Assembly (NCBI GenBank): GCA_951406725.2
Contig: OX597825.1
Coordinates: 75,640,001 to 75,704,000 of the forward strand
DNA: 64,000 bases
Direction: 5' to 3'
DNA from: Octopus vulgaris
Lineage: Eukaryota
Shown here: piece after piece, positions 11,201 to 22,617 of the stretch
How positions within the stretch are numbered: the first letter of the stretch is position 1
How the letters are laid out: the number at the start of each line of letters is the position of its first letter
Notes under the pieces: generated by a model
Database searches by the model: none
The model's input: only the letters and a program-made list of their open reading frames with translations
What the model was told of the DNA's origin: nothing
Position numbers and translations under genes: made by a program

Positions 11201-11247
<47 letters not shown>

Positions 11248-11719
11248 ATATGTAACGTAATAGTGTAGAAAAAATACCATTGGTTTCATATCCAGTGTGA
11301 ACTAGATATCTCTTCAGTTTCTCTAAATGATAACCATTCTCAGCAAAGAATTTTTTTTTAAACACAAGAACACTGGTGATAGTTCAAGAAATATTCCTCT
11401 TAAAAAATTATGGCTGGGCAAGTTGTCTTCTTTTGCTTGATAGCTGGGTTTTCCAATTTTGAAGTAAAATTTTCTGAAAATGTGGACAACTCCTCACAGC
11501 TTCTGTTCTGGTGTTCAGGTAGCCTCTTGACTCATGTGAGTTCATGAGGATTATATATCTTTCTGCCAAACACAATTTACATAGTCTTGTTCCATTGTGA
11601 TAATGTTCACAAGTTTCCAGTTATTTCCACCTGATGGTAAAGGGCGTATGATTGTCCTTTAGGCACTATATGTATTCTGTGAGTGTTGTTGAGTTGCATC
11701 TTTTCGGGACCCTGTTAAA

Positions 11720-12056
11720 TCATTACAACATACTACCACATCATTACTTCTACGACAGTGCCACATCTGTACTCCTTACCACACTGCCACATCATTACTC
11801 CTTACCACACTACCACATCTGTACTTCTTACTACACTGCCACATTGTTAATTCTTACCACATCTCCACATCATTAATTTTACTACGCTGACACATCATTA
11901 CTTCTTGCAACATGACTTTTCTTACCACACCTCAGCATCATTACTTCTTACCACACTGGTACATCATTAATTCTTACCACACTGCCACATTGTTAATTCT
12001 TTCCACACTGCCACATCGCTGCTTCTTACCACACTGAAACATCATTACTTCTTACC
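11720..12056. repeat. Degenerate 26-bp minisatellite (ACATCATTACTTCTTACCACACTGCC)n
   Basis: Period of 26 seen at 11961/11987. Copy 2 (~41372-41735) has an extra unit. Confidence 0.85.
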
Positions 12057-12554
12057 TGGTACAAAGGATATGAATAACATAGAATGACATAGGAAAGAAT
12101 CAAGGGACAGATAATTCAAGCCAAACCATTCTTTATGAGATCTGGGGATAGACCAAAATCAAGATGACTGGATAATATCCATATCTCAGTTGGTCATACT
12201 TGGGAATCCAGCCAGAATATCTAATGATGGCTGCTTCTGATAGGACCCTATGAAGAAAGTGCTTGAAGGCTCCACTCCCACAAACTTTCTAGTATTAGTG
12301 GGTTGAGGAAACGGATGGATGGATGGACAGTTTAGACATTCTTAAATCTAATAAAGGATTGCAGCTTTTACTCTATAATGTTTTTTTCCTTTGAGCATCG
12401 ACCTAATAATATCAACTGTGAAACTCCATTGGACTTTTGTTGTTATTTGCATTTGTTTTATTTTACACACATACATACATACATGCATGCACCACACACA
12501 CACATGTGTGTGTTGTTTTACACATACATATATGTACATATGTATACAGAGAAG

Positions 12555-13378
12555 CAGGTCTGGTTGGGTGGTAGGAAGCTTGCTTTCCAATTGCATAATT
12601 CAAGGTTCAGTTCCACTGTGTGGCACTTTAGGCAAAAGCTGTCTCTAATTTAATCTATTTTGTCTTTTTCTACAGTTAGTTCCTTCTTCAAACTTACCAT
12701 TTTCTGCTGCATTTCTTCTTTCATCTCTTTTTGTTTGGCACTAAGTTTCTCAGCAAGTTTTTTTCTTTCTTGTTTCTCCTTCCCTTTAAAGTCCTCTTGG
12801 GGCTTTTCAAGAAGTTTTTCATGTTCTGACTCAATTTCTTTGGTTTCTGCTTAATGTCTCTCTTTGAGACTTTTGTGACATTGCTTAAAAATATCTTCAA
12901 ACTCATAGTTAAAATGTTCAACAGCAATTTGTGTATTTTAGACGTTTTTATTTTCTCAGTTTCAATCATGCTATTTTCATCATGCAAACTTTTTGAGAAT
13001 TTAGTGATTGCATCAACTCCTTTTAATTTAAAATCTGCAAAATCTGTCTTCTGCTATAGCCTTGGGCCGACCAAAACCTTGTGATTGGATTTGGTTGCCG
13101 GAACTGAAAGAAGCCCATCGTATATATGTATATATGTGTATGTGTGTGTGTGTGTGTTTGTGTGTCTGTGTTTGTCCCCCTAGCATTGCTTGACAACCGA
13201 TGTGTTTATGTCCCCCGTTACTTAGCAGATCAGCAAAAGAGACTGATAGAATAAGTACTGGGCTTACAAAAAAACAAAAGAATAAGTCCCGGGGTCGAGT
13301 TACTCGATTAAAGGCGATGCTCCAGCATGGCCGCAGTCAAATGACTGAAACAAGTAAAAGAGTAAAAGAGTAAGAGAG
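12555..13378 (+). mobile_element. tRNA-derived SINE split by a ~405-bp insert (12645-13049)
   Basis: A/B-box-like head (GGTGGTAGGAAG...GGTTCAGTTCC); the body resumes at CTGTCTTCTGCTATAGCC; CCAGCATGGCCGCAG and (GTAAAAGA)n tail. Homologous to 63165-63330 and 63848-64000. Confidence 0.75.
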
Positions 13379-13439
13379 TATAATTTTTTCTATCTCTTTT
13401 TCATAATTCTTTTGGATTGAATCATATTGTGACTTGTAA

Positions 13440-14690
13440 GTGGTGTTCACAATTTTATCTCTGTTTTATTTTCTAAGACTGCACAGGCTTTGTTTTCTGG
13501 TTCAGCATAGGCTTTGTATTCTTGTTCTGTGTTGACTGTTTTGGTATGTGATTGTTTTTGTATGGCAAAATTTTTGGAAATGGTTAGTCCGTAGCATTTT
13601 CTGCATTCTCTGTTAAATGCATAACAGTCTTCCTTTTTTTTTCCGTGAAATTTCTTGCATCTTCCACATTGGTTATTATTTTTCGTCATTACTTCGTAAC
13701 AGGTACTTGTTTTCTTTTCACTGATATCTTTGTAGTGTGTACTGTGCATTATTGTATCTTCATATGTCGTTATGCTTTTAATAACTACATCTAGTGCAAG
13801 GTTTGGTTTGTTTCTAATTTTCCATTTTTCATCAGCCCACTTTAATCCTTTTATTATTTGTTCAAGTATTCTTTCATCCTTGCTTATATCAAAGTCTCAC
13901 CTTTTGGTTTTTGTTTTTAACATGTTTAAATATTTGTCAATTGTGCTGTCATTTTACTGCAACAATGAAAATTCTAGCTGTTTCAACCCTTGGTTTCTGT
14001 ATCAAATGAGCCTTGAAAATTGTAAAGAAATTTGCCAAAGATTCTTTGTCTTTGGTTGTAATATTGGCATTGTTCATTAACTCCTGACCCTTTGGTCCTG
14101 TGCTGAGCAAAGTGTAATTTTGTTTCAATGTCTCCTCTACTTTGTTTATAATGAAATATGAGTTCATAAAATCAACCCATTCATTGTATGCTTCACATTT
14201 GTTCTCATTTGACCAATCTAAAATTGGTAATGGAATAGTTGATGCCACAATTTTTTTTTAGCCCACCGGGTGAATCAGACTTGCTTATATATCATAGAGA
14301 CAGAAAGAGATAAAAAAAAATGTTTATGTTATTTTCTCTTTGCGACTGGCTTTCATTCAATATTTTCTCCTTTTAGTGCAACTGGCATATCATTCTACTG
14401 CTCACTGCCACCATGTCATGTTGTATTTTAGCAATAATAACTCAAGCAGCAGATGTTACATGTGGAAGCTTTTATTTACATCTTGTAACTAACAGGCAAA
14501 TGTATGCACAGTTAAGGGTACTTCACAGTTAAGGGTACTTAACTGGTGTGATATCTTGTAAGATCTCCCCATACAGTTGAGGAAGTCTGTTGTCAGCACA
14601 TTTTTAGTGCTTATTGTACCTGTGCACTTTCCACACACAGAGCTTGCACTGGATGTACGATATGGAGTTTCTACCAACACCTTTCTTACA
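13440..14690 (-). mobile_element. Degenerate Ty3/Gypsy-like fragment: 5' LTR (~14414-14690), PBS and broken gag
   Basis: On the minus strand, a TGTAAG...TGACA candidate LTR with AATAAA is followed directly by a TGGTGGCAG PBS-like site. Gag-like ORF (EAYNEWVDFMNSYF) and Zn-knuckle region (CGRCKKFH..C.AFNREC.KC). Copy 2 at ~43115-44349. Confidence 0.72.
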
Positions 14691-15185
14691 TATGGTTTGA
14701 TTAGGGTATAATCAATTTGGCGAGGAAACTAAAGAGAAAATATTACGACGATGACCACCACAGATCTACAATGGAAGAATTCACCACGTGTAGTTGAGGG
14801 TAAAGAAATCGTTGAACGACAGTAAGTACGTCCAAAATTTATAAAGCAGTGACATACATACATACATAGATACTTGTAGCACACATGTATATACGCGCAG
14901 AGTGAAAATAAATCACACTATTTAATGTGACGGACTACACTGCAAAAAAATCAAAATTTCATTTCTGTTTACAAACTTTCTCCGTGTCTATACGCACAAA
15001 TACTTTTATGTATACACACGCAATATTTCAGAAAAAAAGGAATATACACAAAAAAGAACGAAACATGTGTATATACACACACAATATTTAAGAACAAGGA
15101 ATATACACAAAAAAGAACGAATCAAAAACAAATATTTTATATTTTACTTTTATCGTATTGTTGTTTACATTTTCTGTCTCTACGG

Positions 15186-15540
15186 ATGACCAGAAGCAAC
15201 AGAATCGCCATGGTGAAATCCATAGCGGCGTGCGATAAGACTGGTCGCTGCTCTAAAATAGAACACTGCCCAGAAAATCACACCTGCCACATCTGTACGG
15301 AACCCGAAAATACGTTCCGTAATCGCTGGGTCGAATGTGGGACATGTCTCATCTCTGTCTGCCTCCAATGCGCCACGGACTTTCAGAAGATCCCAGGCCA
15401 AAAAAAGAGCCATCATAATGCTATGATGGATAGACTTTGGAAGATGGTTCAGCTTAAATCTTGGACTTTTCAGTGTCAGGCCTGCGTACCTCCACAACCG
15501 ACGATTGTGTCTCCCCTGCCACTCCCGTGGAGGAGGCGGA

Positions 15541-15571
<31 letters not shown>

Positions 15572-16411
15572 AATCAACCACAACCAGAGCAGCAGCAACA
15601 ACAACAACAGCAGCAACAACTAGAGCAGCAGCAGCAGCAACAACAAAATCAACCACAACCAGAGCAGCAGCAACAACAAAATCAACCACAACCAGAGCAG
15701 CAGCAACAACAACATCAACAACAACAACAGCAACAACAAAATCAACCACAACTAGAGCAACAGCAGCAACAACAACAACACCAATTGACCAGTGCGGTTC
15801 TTGCAGAACTGCAACAATCGATCTGTGCTTTAAAAGGGGAAGTAGCAGGAATAAAAGCAACCATTCAGGTTGGACTCCACAATGAGGGGTCTTATCGGAA
15901 TGCTCTGCTAAAGAACCTCCCTGTACCTGTACCTCTTGTCGCATTTAAGACCGCGGATTCTGCCACCCATGAAGTCATTGCCATTGGGGTGCCAGAAGAC
16001 ATGGCTGATCTTCAGGCTTTTGCTGCCAACTCAGCCAAAGACCTAGGCTGCGTTCCCCCAACGGGTGCTATCCGCCTTGGACGACCTGGCCCAAAACCTA
16101 GGCTCATCAAGTTGTCTTTTACGGACCACACTGAGGCAACCTCTTACCATCTGGCCTCAGTTAAAGCTGGGCGTGAAAATCGGACCACCTTCCGAACACG
16201 TCCAGGCTTACCGTCCGATGTACGTCCGAAGCTACGTGTAGTGGCTTCCCTGAATAGGAACTCAGCTCTACAGGAAAGCTTCAGTCTTCGGGAAGATGGA
16301 CAAATCTGGAGATTTGTCAAGACTGCTGAAACGTGGAAGAGAGATACCAGCTGGTCTGAGTGCTCTCTACCCACAATAACTAAAAAGACTACAGCAACTC
16401 AGGGAAACTAA
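15186..16411 (+). pseudogene. LINE ORF1 (PHD-like finger + polyQ), frameshifted by 1-bp loss in the C run at ~15513
   Basis: Two overlapping ORFs that join into the intact 408-aa ORF1 of copy 2. Confidence 0.88.
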
Positions 16412-19233
16412 GCCAGAACAACCTGCCATCCTCTACACACCATCATAAACTGCGAGCAGGGTACAAATTGTTGTCCTTAAATGCTCGCAGTTTATGCAAC
16501 AAAATACATTTGTTCAACGCCTACGTCAGAAGTGTTGACCCTGACTTCATCACTGTCACGGAAACATGGGCGCATTCCTTACTCTGTGATGGGGTTTTCA
16601 ACATTACGGGGTACAACCTCTTCCGTAAGGACCGCACTAACCGCCGTGGTGGTGGTGTGATGGTCTACGTTCGTTCAAATTTTTTGGTAATTCCTTGTGC
16701 CGATTTGAACGAATCACAAGAAGAAGTTTTTTTCTGTGACGTGCGTATGACCATGTCAACACTCCTGCTTGGCGTTGTTTATCGTCCCCCAAGTTACCAT
16801 CGGAACACACAGCTTTGCAATGTCCTCCGAGCTGCTGCCAGGAAAACAGCCACTTATGTGTTTATTGCAGGCGATTTCAATCATCCTGAGATCGATTGGG
16901 AGACCTTCCATTGGCCACAGAGTGCAAACGATTTTGTTGAGCTTGTGCTGGACTCAAACTGGTCACAAGTAGTCACCTCTCCAACAAGAGGCGACAACAC
17001 CTTGGACCTGCTCTTCACCACAACTCCTGAAGTGGTTATCAATTGCACTACGGAGGAACCTCTAGGTGACTCTGATCATGCTATGATCATCGCCAATCTG
17101 GCTCTTGCGGGCAACAAAAACCTGAACCATCTCCAATCTGCTTCCTTCGATTGGAAGAGAGCAGATTGGAACCTGTACCACACTGAACTACAGCACCCAA
17201 ACTGGCGTGAATTCTACAACTCTGGAGATGTGAATACTATACTCCAGAGTATCCTGGACTCAATATGGGCAGCATGTGCAGCATCAGTGCCACGTAAACA
17301 AAAAAAGAAGAACCGCCCCAAAAGGGCAATTTGGGAAACTTCAGCGGTCCGACTTGCCAGGAGGGAACGTCGGACTGCTGAACAGGAATACAGGTTGCAT
17401 AAATCAGACACCAACAGGAAGAAGCGGAATAAATCCTCCAACCATCTCAAGCAAGTAACAAAAAAAGCAGTGCTTGAATTTGAACAGTGCATAGCAGCCA
17501 ATCCTGACAGTAAGGTTTTCTGGAAATATGTGCACTCAAAGCAGAGACCTCACTCTCCAGTGGGCCCTCTTCGCAACCCTCACACAAACCAGATCACTGA
17601 CGACCCCAAGGAATGCGCAGAACTCATTGCCGAGTGCTATGCAAACATATTCACTGTTGAAAGTCAAGATGTACCATCTTCACCATCACTAACAGCAAAC
17701 TCCATAACAACTATGGAATTTACACCTGCAATGCTGCGACATCACCTTCAAAATAAGCGCAACTATGCCTCCCCTGGTCTCGATGGAGTTACATACCTGC
17801 TTCTCAAACGTGGCAGGTACTTCCTTTTACACCAGCTTTCTATTTTCTTCCAGTACTGTCTCAACAATGGTGCTACTCCGGAGCAGTGGAAAACTGCCAG
17901 TGTCATTCCTCTGTTCAAAAAGGGCGACCGCACATCACCTGTCAACTATCGCCCAGTCAGTCTCACTAGCTGTATTGCAAAACTGATGGAATCGTGTGTC
18001 AGAGAAACACTCTGGAACTTCTGGAGCTCTCACAGTCTCATCCGACCCTCACAATATGGATTTGTCCCTAACTCCAGCTGCAGTGACCAGCTTGTCGAGT
18101 TCCTTGAGGACATTACTCAGATTACTGACAGTGGCTCATGGGTGGATGTTGTCTACCTTGACTTTGCTAAGGCTTTCAACTCTGTGCCACACAAAAGGCT
18201 TATGGTGAAACTCTCTGCAATGGGTGTGGGGGATGACCTTTTTAACTGGTTGAAATCCTTCATCCTCAGCCGAAAGGAGGTTGTCACAGTTCTAGGACAG
18301 CACTCTACACCATATGAGATGTCATCGAGTGTACCACAGGGATCTGTCCTTGGTCCCCTCTTGTTTGTGGCATACATTAACGACATAGATGCCAATTTAA
18401 AGAATGCCACAGTATTGAAATATGCAGACGACATCAAGCTGTACCTTGAAATCAAGAGGACAGATCCTGATGTCTACAACTCTTTCCTGCAATCAGACCT
18501 AGACACAATGCAGCAATGGATCACAGACTGGCAACTGAAACTGGCTGTGGACAAGTGTACCACCATGCATTTTGGGAGAAAAAACCCTGCGTTCACATAC
18601 TCCCTCCACAACACTGATATCAAGAAATCCTCTTGCGAGCGTGACCTAGGCATCACTGTCAGCAGTGATTTGCGTTGGACAAAGCATATCTCTAAGATTG
18701 TCAGGAAGGCCGAGGGTGTCTTGGCATCACTCAGCAGGTCTTTTGTTAGCCGCTCTCCAGCCATCTATTTAAAACTGTATACAGCTATGGTACGACCACA
18801 CTTGGAATTTGCATCATCAGTTTGGAACCCCTATCTTGCACAGAACATTGACCTCCTGGAATCTGTCCAGAGACGTGCAACCAAACGCATACCCTCCATC
18901 AGACACCTACCATATTCTGAGCGCCTTGTTTCCCTGGGCATGGATTCACTGAAGCTCCGGCGTCTGGCGACGGACTTGGTAAACACCCACAAAGTTATCA
19001 ACCACCTCACCAACAACAACACTGAACACCTTTTTGATCTCCATGTGTCTAACACACGTGGACATGCCTACAAAGTCAGAAAACAATACAGCTCTCATGA
19101 CTTTCGGAAACATTTTTTCATGCTCAGAGTTGCTGAAGCATGGAATAAACTGCCTGCGTCAGTTGTTGACTGCCATGACACTGCATCTTTTAAGGCCCTC
19201 ATGCTTTCCGAAATCCGCCGAAACTACACCTGA
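16384..19233 (+). CDS. LINE ORF2, AP endonuclease + reverse transcriptase, uninterrupted (no ATG start)
   Basis: LNARS, VTETW, YRPP, GDFN, SDH (APE); YLDFAKAF, VPQGSVLGPLLF, YADD (RT); RRATK, TRGH, WNKLP C-terminus. The frame is open from 16384 and overlaps the ORF1 end. Confidence 0.93.
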   Translation, partial: KDYSNSGKLSQNNLPSSTHHHKLRAGYKLLSLNARSLCNKIHLFNAYVRSVDPDFITVTETWAHSLLCDGVFNITGYNLFRKDRTNRRGGGVMVYVRSNFLVIPCADLNESQEEVFFCDVRMTMSTLLLGVVYRPPSYHRNTQLCNVLRAAARKTATYVFIAGDFNHPEIDWETFHWPQSANDFVELVLDSNWSQVVTSPTRGDNTLDLLFTTTPEVVINCTTEEPLGDSDHAMIIANLALAGNKNLNHLQSASFDWKRADWNLYHTELQHPNWREFYNSGDVNTILQSILDSIWAACAASVPRKQKKKNRPKRAIWETSAVRLARRERRTAEQEYRLHKSDTNRKKRNKSSNHLKQVTKKAVLEFEQCIAANPDSKVFWKYVHSKQRPHSPVGPLRNPHTNQITDDPKECAELIAECYANIFTVESQDVPSSPSLTANSITTMEFTPAMLRHHLQNKRNYASPGLDGVTYLLLKRGRYFLLHQLSIFFQYCLNNGATPEQWKTASVIPLFKKGDRTSPVNYRPVSLTSCIAKLMESCVRETLWNFWSSHSLIRPSQYGFVPNSSCSDQLVEFLEDITQITDSGSWVDVVYLDFAKAFNSVPHKRLMVKLSAMGVGDDLFNWLKSFILSRKEVVTVLGQHSTPYEMSSSVPQGSVLGPLLFVAYINDIDANLKNATVLKYADDIKLYLEIKRTDPDVYNSFLQSDLDTMQQWITDWQLKLAVDKCTTMHFGRKNPAFTYSLHNTDIKKSSCERDLGITVSSDLRWTKHISKIVRKAEGVLASLSRSFVSRSPAIYLKLYTAMVRPHLEFASSVWNPYLAQNIDLLESVQRRATKRIPSIRHLPYSERLVSLGMDSLKLRRLATDLVNTHKVINHLTNNNTEHLFDLHVSNTRGHAYKVRKQYSSHDFRKHFFMLRVAEAWNKLPASVVDCHDTASFKALMLSEIRRNYT

Positions 19234-20329
19234 TTATATATACACTTTAGATGAGTTGTAGTGCACCTGAGCACTGTACACAATTATTATTATTATTATT
19301 TATTATATCAAACAGGGTCATCTCACTTAAGGAATTTCTGACTTATCTATTTTCCTACTTACTAAGAACCTTGGTTTTGCTAAATTAACGCTAAGCCACT
19401 TAGATTGACCATGTTCAGAGGGTGGTTTTTACATGCCACCAGCACAAGGAGCCAATCAGGTGGCATATGTATTGACCTACACATGAATGGTGCTTATTGC
19501 GTGCCACCAGCACAGGAGCCAGCTGGTTTTATAAGATCTAGAAGCCGTAATTATCCGCTGCATGAGGGCTGCATGTACCTTTCTCGAAAAAATAGGTTTT
19601 CCATTTCATTCTCCTCAGAACATATTCAGTTTACTCGATAAGATGCTTCATGTATACTCTCCTTGGTGGAATAGAAATATTTTTCAGTGATGTCAATATT
19701 TTGTGTTTTTCCATGGTTTGTTTTGATCCTTTGTTAGTTTTCAGTGCTTAGCCGGTGTTTGTTTACATTGGAAGCTTTGATTCGTAAATGTAGAATGATG
19801 AAATGAGTGCTCAACGCTTCATTTGTGGATATTTAATTTATTTGTGAATTAAGTCTACCATTGGTTTCATGTTAAGAAGAGCTGGAAAATATCATAGTGT
19901 CTTAACAATTTTCCAAGCCAATCACATGGAGAAAGGTGTCTCGCTTCCACTTTGGAAAACAGTCTCATTTCATTTTCAGGATTTCTCGTAAATTCGCGTA
20001 AGTGAAACAATGAATCAATGGGTCAAGGGACATTACTCTAGAAGACATCTTTTGAAGTGTGTCTCCTTTGGATTTGTTATTTTGGTAAATTTCTTAATTA
20101 TTTGTACAGGGTATGGTGTTCTTGAATTTGTATGTTGAGGTTGTACATGAACCCACATATAAGCACATAAGCATACATATAAGACATGCACATACAAGTA
20201 TATGTACACACACGCACGCACACACATGTACATAGATATATATATCTACATATATTGTAACAACTGTGGATGGATGTGTTATGCATGTTGATTTTGTTTC
20301 CATTTGGATCTATAGAAGAATTTTAAGGT

Positions 20330-22072
20330 GTGATAGAACCTATAACAACATGTAGAAAAGGCTTTGTGTTGTTTATTAACAATTGTGGTGAATTATGTAT
20401 TAATATTTGCATGGCTTCTTTTAGGTATAGTCTACAAGGGGATCGCTGGCCTTGGTAAGGGACCCTGAAGTCTGTTATGGCCTAGGATTTCTTGTATGGC
20501 ATCTTACTATCTATTAGATGGTGTATATAGTTGGGTAGGGAGATCAATTTGCTATACTCCTCATACTTAAATGAGTTCATATGTGCAGAATATCTCTGTT
20601 TAAAATTAATAGTAGACCTGATATAGTAGTTAGCAGAATTATGTGATATGTTGTGGACCATGCATTTGTATACTACGTTAAATCTTATAGAGTGGGCTTG
20701 CAATGGGCATTCGGTTATGGATTAGCAGTTATATCTATTTGTCCTATGAGTGTTATTATTTATGGAGAAATTAGAATTAAAGGTGTTGTTAGGGGATTAG
20801 CCCGTATTATAATTATTGTTGTTGTCATTATTATTATCATTAGTAGTAGTAAAATTATTATCCCTGTCAATAACCCTAGCAATAGTAGTAATGGTGGTAT
20901 CAGTCATATTGGAGTTGTTAATATTAGTATTAGTGGTGGTGCTATTAGTATCCACACTCATCTCAGTTACACTTTGACCTTCATAGGAGGCAGGGATGTT
21001 TGTATCTTGGTTAATTCTGATTCTAGTGGGTGTGGTGTATGCCATCAATGTTATTAGTGTTTTTGTAGCTTTGACCTTTGTTATGATTATGTATATTTAG
21101 GTAGTAGGAATTATATTTATGTTTATTGGAGGAAGTAACAATAGATTCTATAATGAGCAGAGAGGAGTAGGATAATTTGGGGGTGTCAGTCTATTAAAGA
21201 TTGAATGGTACTTATGGTGATATGGGAAGTTAGCATCTACTATTTGAAAGAATGTTTTGGCTAAGCCCTTAATGTTTAAGGTGAATGAAGGTATAAACCA
21301 GAGAATTGATTTACCCAACTTTTGTTAGGCAAAATAGGGGAAGTATAATCTATAGTATTTGTTAGAGGTGAGTTGTAAGCTTTATTGTCATTCATAGAGG
21401 AATGGTTTATTTGTCTAGTAGTGGGGCATGCCTTTTGGGATTGAGATTAGCAATGTTTTTTTTAAGCCAAGTGTTTGCCTTGAATTTAATTTGCTGGGAG
21501 AAGCTGCTAGCAGTTAGGGCCTGGTTATAGTATGTAGCATGGATATTGAAGATTTCCTCCATGGCCGAGAGATCAGATATCTAAATAGATATACCTTTGA
21601 TTACTCTATTAAAGGTAGATTTATTGTGCTTAGAGCCTGTATTAATGTATCTGAAGTATTGATTCGGTTTATGGAAAGGGGGAGTGTAGCGATGATTCTA
21701 AATCTAAAGTAACATCTACAAAGTGAGCCTTTTTGTAAGTGTTTTCAAAGGAGATAGACGAGTTAAAATTAGCAAAGAATTTATGTGAGTTTTTTTAGTT
21801 TTCTCTAATTCAGATTTACTTATGCTCGTAGTAACCAGCAATGCATTGTTCCTATACTAACAGCCCGCAAAGTTAGAGAAATACATGCGAAGTTGTTGGA
21901 AAAGGTATACTTCAAACAACCCTGTGACCTGAGTAGAGTTGGAGGAGCCCATGGTTATATCTTAGAAGTTATTATGGATATCCTGGCACCAAAGTTAATC
22001 ATCGTAGGAGATGAGTGTCTTTCTGGCAGTTAGAATGATATCTATTTCTAAAGGGAGAAGTTAGTTTTATAA
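20330..22072 (-). mobile_element. Old degenerate Penelope-like element (second family)
   Basis: DITMGSSNSTQVT and FVDVTLDL RT remnants, an Asn/Thr-rich stretch, and GIY-YIG remnant VVYKC..NYYIRSTINFKQRYSAHMNSF. Copy 2 at ~49995-51742. Boundaries approximate. Confidence 0.72.
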
Positions 22073-22147
<75 letters not shown>

Positions 22148-22151
22148 TATG

Positions 22152-22240
<89 letters not shown>

Positions 22241-22303
22241 ATGTATGTATATATATATATGTATGTATGTATATATATGTATGTATGTATATATATATGT
22301 ATG

Positions 22304-22335
<32 letters not shown>

Positions 22336-22423
22336 TGTATATGTATATATATATGTATATATGTATATATGTATGTATATATATATATATATGTATATAT
22401 GTATATATATATATGTATATATG

Positions 22424-22472
<49 letters not shown>

Positions 22473-22544
22473 GTATACATATGTATATATATATGTATAT
22501 GTATATATATATTTATATATATGTATAAATAAATATATATATGC

Positions 22545-22594
<50 letters not shown>

Positions 22595-22617
22595 GTATAT
22601 ATATGTATATATATATA
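22073..22617. repeat. Compound (TA)n/(TG)n/(TATG)n microsatellite
   Basis: Visible simple repeat; copy 2 at 51744-52308. Confidence 0.97.

Larger units (their letters stand above)
9792..11204 (-). mobile_element. Retrozyme-like tandem array: ~3.5 units of 363/364 bp plus a terminal 136-bp inversion, inserted in (TA)n
   Basis: Unit periods are 364, 363 and 363 bp, and each full unit has a hammerhead. The empty site in copy 2 (40938-40968) is plain (TA)n. Confidence 0.88.
14717..19305 (+). mobile_element. Near full-length CR1-group LINE (family A), copy 1
   Basis: ORF1, APE-RT ORF2, 3' stem-loop (TAGTGC-ACCTGA-GCACTG) and (ATT)n tail. The 5' boundary is approximate. Confidence 0.9.

Noticed and set aside
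19565-19632. Minus-strand CTGAGGA...GAAA downstream of the old Penelope element
   Set aside because: Stem II is plausible, but stem I, stem III and the cleavage triplet cannot be formed convincingly; at best a decayed motif.
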